Positions 61,145 to 64,000 of a stretch of DNA of 64,000 nucleotides are shown in pieces. The stretch is from positions 45,144-109,143 of the forward strand of contig CAWFKQ010000002.1 in assembly GCA_963816395.1 (NCBI GenBank), written 5' to 3'. A program made the position numbers and the translations under genes. Origin of the DNA: an uncultured delta proteobacterium. GTDB lineage: Bacteria; Desulfobacterota; Desulfuromonadia; Desulfuromonadales; JACZKF01. The notes under the pieces were generated by a model that had not been told where the DNA came from, made no database searches, and worked only from the letters and a program-made list of their open reading frames with translations. Numbering within the stretch: position 1 is the stretch's first letter; the number at the start of each line of letters is the position of its first letter.

Positions 61145-61167
61145 GTAGGGCGCAAGTCCTTGCGCCC
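61145..61167 (+). repeat. GTAG-type REP-like palindrome
   Basis: GTAGGGCGCAAG-TC-CTTGCGCCC between convergent genes. Confidence 0.55.
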
Positions 61168-61214
61168 AAGCGGGGTGTTGCCGGACGGTTCCACACTGCC
61201 GTAACAGACCGGTT

Positions 61215-61487
61215 TTATCCCACCTGTTTTCTGACGACCCCCTCAAAGGCAATCTCAAAGGGAATCAGCTGGCTGCGGCGGAAAGTCAGGTTAATATCGC
61301 CCACCCGCCCATCGGCCAGAATCAGGGTGAAGAAGAAATTCGGGTCCGAGTCGATAAATTTCCCCCGCGCCAGGCCCGGGAAGATACCGCTCCAGATTTT
61401 CCCTTCTTCCCTCAGTTGAACGTCAACATCGGCGGCAATCAGCCGTTTCCCCTGCCGGATGCTCCCTTTTTCTTCCCGGTATGGCAT
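61215..61487 (-). CDS. Hypothetical beta-rich protein
   Basis: AAGGAGG RBS before MPYREEKG. Confidence 0.6.
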   Translation of the reverse strand: MPYREEKGSIRQGKRLIAADVDVQLREEGKIWSGIFPGLARGKFIDSDPNFFFTLILADGRVGDINLTFRRSQLIPFEIAFEGVVRKQVG

Positions 61488-61616
61488 GCTGCCCTCCTTT
61501 CCCCGGGAAAATATACACCATGTCGGCGCCGGCACAAGTCCCTGGCCGCCAAGAGATCTCGACCATCGTAACTATTTACCTGAAGGATTTGTAAACCAAT
61601 GAGCACAGGGGGGCCT

Positions 61617-62120
61617 ATGGAACGGTATTTGAGGATCTGTGGGCAGATAGAGATAGCGGTAGGTGCCATCTATCGCGGCCTTGCCGACAGCGTGGTCTGT
61701 ACCCAGCGGCAGAGGGAAACCTGGCGGCAGCTGGCCGGGGAGGAGGAAGAGCATGCCAGGCAGGTGCGGATTGCCGCCGGCTATCTGCCGGTCAACTGTC
61801 GTCCGGTGGCGCCCTCCTCCCGGCAGCGGGCGGAGCTGCTCCTGATTCGCGCCCATATGGTCCTCATGGGGATGACGGGCCTGCCGCCGGCCGCGGATGA
61901 GGCTCTGCACCTTGGTCTGCGGCTGGAGGAGGAGTTTCGGGAGATTCACGCCCTGGGCGCCCGGGAATCGGAGTACGGCCCGATGCGGACGGCTTTCGAG
62001 GGGCTGGTGAGAGAGGACGAGCGGCATCTCGAACGGCTGCAGGCGAGTCTGGCCGAGCAGTCGAGATCTGAGGATTGCCGGTTCAACAGGATCCCGGGGA
62101 CAGGATTCAGGCGCCTTTAG
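61617..62120 (+). CDS. Ferritin-like/rubrerythrin-family four-helix protein
   Basis: IE..VGAIY..LA, LAGEEEEHA, LEEE, LVREDERH. Confidence 0.7.
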   Translation: MERYLRICGQIEIAVGAIYRGLADSVVCTQRQRETWRQLAGEEEEHARQVRIAAGYLPVNCRPVAPSSRQRAELLLIRAHMVLMGMTGLPPAADEALHLGLRLEEEFREIHALGARESEYGPMRTAFEGLVREDERHLERLQASLAEQSRSEDCRFNRIPGTGFRRL

Positions 62121-62136
62121 CCACTTGGCGCCGGGT

Positions 62137-63063
62137 TCAGTCGCAGGGTTTTTCTTCGAAAGCCGAACAGCCCGGCGTATTACCTCCGCCTGGGGAAAAA
62201 TCAGGCGGAGTCAAGGGGGCGAGATCGAGTGGTGCCGGGGCGGGGGCGGGCAGGAATGGGGCAATCACCAGCGGCACCGAATGCGCTCCGGTTCGTGCCA
62301 ATGCCGCCTTGTTGGCCAGCAGGCGCAACCGGTCGCGCCATCCCAGGGGCGGGGCGTCGGCGGTTTCCGGGTCAGTGAAAAGGGACAGGAAGGTTTCTTT
62401 ATCGGCCGTTTTCTTTCCGTCTCTGGCCAGATAGGTGGCAATGCGCCGGAGATCCTCCTCATTCTTGGCAATCGGATAGAATACCGTCAGCCCGGCGGTT
62501 TTCGGCGAGTCGAGAAGCTGCCGGACGGTCTGCCGGCAGGCCGGGCAGTCGGGGGAGAAGTAAACCTGCACGGAAGCATCCGGAGGACCGAACAGCGGCC
62601 AGGGGCGGAGGCCGATTTCCCTGGCGGTCGACAGACCGACAAACAGAAAGAAGACGAGCCAGATAGAGCCGACCGCCAGCAGGAGCTTCCGGCCGGAGGT
62701 GAAATGAACGATTCCGGCCAGGCCGATCAGGCCCAGCAGCAGCGCCACCGCCAGGCAGCTGGAACAGGGCCAGAAAAGGGCCTGATAAGCGAGAAAAATG
62801 GTGTCGAGGGCGAGGGCCGCGAGCAGCGCCAGGTAAAGCAGGGCGCCGGTGGTACGGCGAGGGTGGAGCAGTGCCAGCACGAATATCGCCAGGAATCCGG
62901 CTGCTCCGAAAACATAAAAGGAGATGCCGAACAAGCCGTAGCTGGCATAGATCCGGCACCCCTCGGTCCGGCACAGCAGGTGTGCCCCGCCGGCATTGGC
63001 CAGACTGAAGAGGGCGCCGGCCAAACTGGCGGTCAGGAGAAAAAGCTTCATGCGGTTGGACAT
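62137..63063 (-). CDS. VKOR-like membrane domain fused to a thioredoxin-fold domain
   Basis: Loop Cys pair CRTEGC, LFGISFYVFG, membrane CSSC, then FSPDCPAC and a SVP cis-Pro loop. Confidence 0.7.
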   Translation of the reverse strand: MSNRMKLFLLTASLAGALFSLANAGGAHLLCRTEGCRIYASYGLFGISFYVFGAAGFLAIFVLALLHPRRTTGALLYLALLAALALDTIFLAYQALFWPCSSCLAVALLLGLIGLAGIVHFTSGRKLLLAVGSIWLVFFLFVGLSTAREIGLRPWPLFGPPDASVQVYFSPDCPACRQTVRQLLDSPKTAGLTVFYPIAKNEEDLRRIATYLARDGKKTADKETFLSLFTDPETADAPPLGWRDRLRLLANKAALARTGAHSVPLVIAPFLPAPAPAPLDLAPLTPPDFSPGGGNTPGCSAFEEKPCD

Positions 63064-63071
63064 CGAAAACC

Positions 63072-64000
63072 TCATGGTTCATCCGTCGTCAGGACCGCTG
63101 CTCCATTAATGCGGCCGGACCGCAGGCAGTCAAGGGCCTCATTTGCCTGGAGGAGGGGAAAGGTCTGGACTGTCGTCTGCACCGGCACCCGTGGGGCGAG
63201 GGCCAGCAACTCCTCGCCGTCACGGCGGGTCAGATTGGCCACCGAGCGCACCACCCGTTCCTCCCAGAGCAGTCGGTACGGGAAGGCGGGTATGTCGCTC
63301 ATGTGGATGCCGCCGCTGACGATGACCGCTCCCTTGGCGGAAGCGGCCAGGGCCGTCGTCAGGAGGGCGCCGACCGGTGCGAAAATCATGGCCGCATCGA
63401 GCAGTTCAGGCGGTTGCCGGTCGCTGCCGCCGGCCCACACCGCTCCCAGGCGAAGGGCGAAAGCCTGCCCTCTTTATCTCCCGGCCGGGTGAAGGCGTAG
63501 ATTTTCTTCCCCTCCCAGACCGCGATCTGGGCAATGATATGCGCCGCCGCGCCGAAACCGTAGATCCCCAACCGCTGCGCCGTCTCCCCCGTCATTCGGT
63601 AGGTCCGGTAGCCGATCAGGCCGGCACACAGCAGCGGCGCCGCCTCGGCATCCCCGTAGGACGCGGGCAGGGCAAAACAGTAGCGCTCGTCGGCAACCGC
63701 GTACTCGGCATAACCGCCATCGAGGGTATAGCCGGTGAAGCGGGGATGATCGCACAGGTTTTCCTGCCCGCGCAGGCAGTACGAGCAGCTACCGCAGGTT
63801 TCTCCCAGCCAGGGGACCCCCACCCTTTCTCCCGCCCGGAACCGGCTGGGCTGCCCGCCGGTTTCAACCACGGTGCCGACGATCTCATGCCCGGGAATCA
63901 AGGGGAGTTTGGGGTCGGGAAGCTCGCCGTCAACGATATGCAGATCGGTACGGCAGACGCCACAGGCGCGCACCCTCAGCAGAAGCTGTCCCGGCCTGGG
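63072..64000 (-). CDS. Zinc-dependent alcohol dehydrogenase family protein (5' end outside window); apparent frameshift ~63465
   Basis: CGVCRTDLH, PGHE, CGSCSYC..ENLC, GIYGFGAAAH, SVANLTR. Confidence 0.93.

Overview
GC-rich chromosomal segment, most consistent with a Desulfuromonadales (Desulfuromonas/Geobacter-like) bacterium; this is inferred from gene content (RomR-valS, CIRCE-rpoH, acetate CoA-transferase, GEMM-I riboswitch, MucR). It is mostly housekeeping: ade, tRNA-Ala, purine permease, purC, ppiD, mreBCD-mrdA-rodA, rarA, nadK-recN, secA-argJ-deoC-deoB, valS, ptsP, tex, xerC, ahpC, bamD, rpoH, crcB. About 15 apparent single-base frameshifts, some in essential genes, point to uncorrected sequencing indels rather than pseudogenes. 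The best novelty candidate (35.9-38.6 kb) is a sigma-54 activator with a degenerate [FeFe]-hydrogenase-like Fe-S sensor domain, four copies of a TGTGCCA-N4-TGGCACA palindrome, a near-consensus -24/-12 promoter and a predicted ~95-nt terminated non-coding RNA with an anti-Shine-Dalgarno-like loop. Other highlights: a c-di-GMP-I riboswitch with a C-to-U change in the ligand pocket and a relay-type expression platform above a deletion scar, a four-hairpin repeat family next to a DUF559 remnant, heptamer-based stem-loops, and a SenB-like glycosyltransferase coupled to a YdjC deacetylase. All calls come from reading the sequence by eye; no database searches were run.
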